A DNA stretch of 64,000 nucleotides from the human T2T-CHM13v2.0 reference genome, Homo sapiens: assembly GCF_009914755.1 (NCBI RefSeq), contig NC_060937.1. The stretch is one strand, 5' to 3'. Shown here one piece after another: positions 60,634 to 64,000 of this stretch. How positions within the stretch are numbered: the first letter of the stretch is position 1; each line of letters starts with the position of its first letter. A model generated the notes under the pieces. The model saw nothing but the letters and a program-made list of their open reading frames with translations, was not told the origin of the DNA and did not search any database. The translations under genes were made by a program, and so were the position numbers.

Positions 60634-61799
60634 TGAACTCCTGACCTGGTGATCCACCCGCCTCGGCCTCCCAAAGTGCTGGGATTACAGGCGTGAGCCA
60701 CCGTGCCCAGCCTAGTTAGCATTTTAACATGCCATATGTCTACCACAGTGGTTCTCATGGTGTGGTCTTTGAGATGTCTGTAGCATTGTACAGCAGAATG
60801 TGGCCTACTGCAGATGAATGCTGTGTGGCTAACAAGTTGCTAGAAGACCATCACCTATTGAATGGAGAGAGGTGGGGACAGACTAATGGAAAGCAATGAA
60901 GGTCTCAGCTTCCAGTTCTGGGTTTTCATCCTCCTCTTGCCTCAACCTCAAAGACTCTTCCCAGCTCAAGAACTGGGGGCCACCCTTGATAAAGCTTTAT
61001 CTGGCCCCTGATGTATTCTCATCTCCCCAGCTACCTTGGCCTAGATCTGCAGAAATCCCTTTCCTTTTCTTTCTGTAAAGCAAAAGCTGAAAATTTTCAA
61101 AAATAACATGACCAGAGAACAAAAGAAAATCAAGTACAGAGAAAACACTGTAGCATGAAAACAAACGTATGGATTTTGCATGAATTTCAAAACAGATTTT
61201 ACAACTTTCTCATCCTAATGGATGTAAGGTATAGCTACAGGTTTGGCTAATGGAAATTTCAGGGCACCTGCTCTTTCCCCTTAAAGCTATCAGGGTGGAG
61301 TGCCAAGCTCACTCTTGACCATGTGGATTTGGGTGGGCATGGAGAGAGGCATGCTGGGAGATTCAGGCCCTCCCCAAATCACCTTCCATGTGCAGTCTGC
61401 CAAGGCCACGTTGCTGACTGGGGTCAAGACAGCCTACAGCTGCCTTGTTCCTGAGGCCATGGCCGGATAAGGAAGCCAGCTTCCAGTCCAGCCCTTCCGA
61501 TTCCTCGCCACACTTCAAGCTTATGGCTCTGATTGCCACTTCTTCCTGGAAGGCTCAGATATAACTTCTGAAAGTCGTGTTTTCACCAGGACCTCTTTTC
61601 CTGTGTCTCCTTCACTTGCTCAAAGGAAGCAGATGTCCTGTGGTTTCTCCCTGTAAGCAAAGATTAGTTTCTTCACCAGTTCTGGTCAACTAGAACCTGG
61701 CCCTTACCTTCCCGGTAGTCATGGAGCCTGTGGTTTGGCTGGCTCCGCACAGGGTTAACAAATGCCTCTTGGGGAAGACAGTGTGGTCTGGTGGAAAGA

Positions 61800-61900
61800 A
61801 CCACCACTTACTAGCTACATGACTACTAAGCCTGCAAGCCTCTGTTTCCTCACCTGTAGAATGGGGTGTGACTTTCACAGTAGTTGTGAGGAGTGACTGA
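61800..61900 (+). mobile_element. MIR
   Basis: GCCTCTGTTTCCTCACCTGTAGAATGGG core. Confidence 0.6.
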
Positions 61901-61905
61901 AGTCA

Positions 61906-62346
<441 letters not shown>

Positions 62347-62530
62347 TTAAGGAATGAGAATTACCACTTCCTTTCCTGGCAGCTTTCTTTTTTTTATTAT
62401 TTTTTTTTGAGACGGAGTCTCGCTCTGTTGCCCAGGCTGGAGTGCAGTGGCGTGACCTCGGCTCACTGCAACCTCTGCCTCCCAGGTTCAAGCAGTTCTC
62501 CTGCCCCAGCCTCCTGAGTAGCTGGGATTA

Positions 62531-62821
<291 letters not shown>

Positions 62822-62917
62822 TCACACAAACAAAACAAAACAAAACAAAACAAACAAAAAAACAAAAAACGACTCCACCCCTGCCTGTTGCCCTCTTCCC
62901 AGAATATATGGGACTTC

Positions 62918-62950
62918 ACACCACACACACACACACACACACACACACAC
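62918..62950 (+). repeat. (CA)n microsatellite
   Basis: Read directly from the sequence. Confidence 0.9.
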
Positions 62951-63408
62951 CAGTTTGGCCACTCATCAAGGAATACATCAAACAAACACTTTTACAGCTG
63001 ATTGCTTTACAGGATCATAATTTTAATTTCTCAGAGATCTCATTTAGTTTTCTCTACCAGTGATACCTATGACAGTTTCTATTATCAGAATGTCCTGACT
63101 TTAAGCATCAGGGCCCTAACTCAAGTCACCAGAGGCAGCTTGAAGAGGACCTCTGCCTTGGCATGCTGTATGAATGTTTGTGTCCTTAGGGCTGGCCGAG
63201 CAGGGCTCAACCTGGGCACTTTAAAAACATGGTATCTGGCCTGAATTCATGGCCAAGGATATTTGTAAAATGATGTGCTTCTCATTGGGAATAGAAGGCA
63301 CATTAAGGTTGGAGGCAGAGGAGAATGGAAAGCACAGTTCCTATGTTAGCTCAGACAGGAAATGATGGACATTCAATTCCATAAGCCCAGCGTGTGACAG
63401 CATTCTGA

Positions 63409-63618
<210 letters not shown>

Positions 63619-63797
63619 TAGTAGAGACGGGGTTTCACCATGTTGTCCAGGATGGTCTCGATCTCCTGACCTCGTGATCCGCCCGCCTCGGCCTCCCAAA
63701 GTGCTGGGATTACAGGCGTGAGCCACCGCGCCCGGCCCAAGTTTCTTGATTTTATCTGGATCTTACACCACTTTGAGAATCTGATAAAATATATTGA

Positions 63798-63998
<201 letters not shown>

Positions 63999-64000
63999 GC

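Overview
Human genomic DNA, not prokaryotic: very Alu-dense, and it includes a human-lineage AluYa5. I recognise it as the TPT1 (TCTP/fortilin) locus, chr13q14 from memory. The only protein-coding gene supported is TPT1 on the minus strand. It has six exons, all introns GT-AG, and a 519-nt CDS (28+74+191+106+117+3, giving 172 aa plus stop). It has a 5'TOP start, a TATA/CRE/ETS/GC-box CpG-island promoter shared with the divergent lncRNA TPT1-AS1, and several poly(A) signals. Intron 5 hosts the H/ACA snoRNA SNORA31. A second, diverged copy (SNORA31B) lies downstream of the proximal poly(A) signals. The rest is Alu/LTR/L1/L2/MIR/DNA-transposon sequence, simple repeats, an orphan CpG island (~15.2-16.0 kb), a CTCF motif and a 35-nt U2 retropseudogene. 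Most ORFs in the supplied track are Alu or low-complexity artefacts. I found no wholly new biological system. Best leads: (1) SNORA31B shows compensatory stem changes and an intact 28S guide pocket, but an altered 5' pocket and no canonical host intron; (2) the TPT1 3' end is modular, with the stop codon alone in exon 6 and an acceptor inside SNORA31 that makes the snoRNA coding; (3) an 87-bp apparent Alu-Alu gene-conversion tract; (4) the orphan CpG island. Repeat family names are by eye and repeat boundaries are approximate unless TSDs are quoted.
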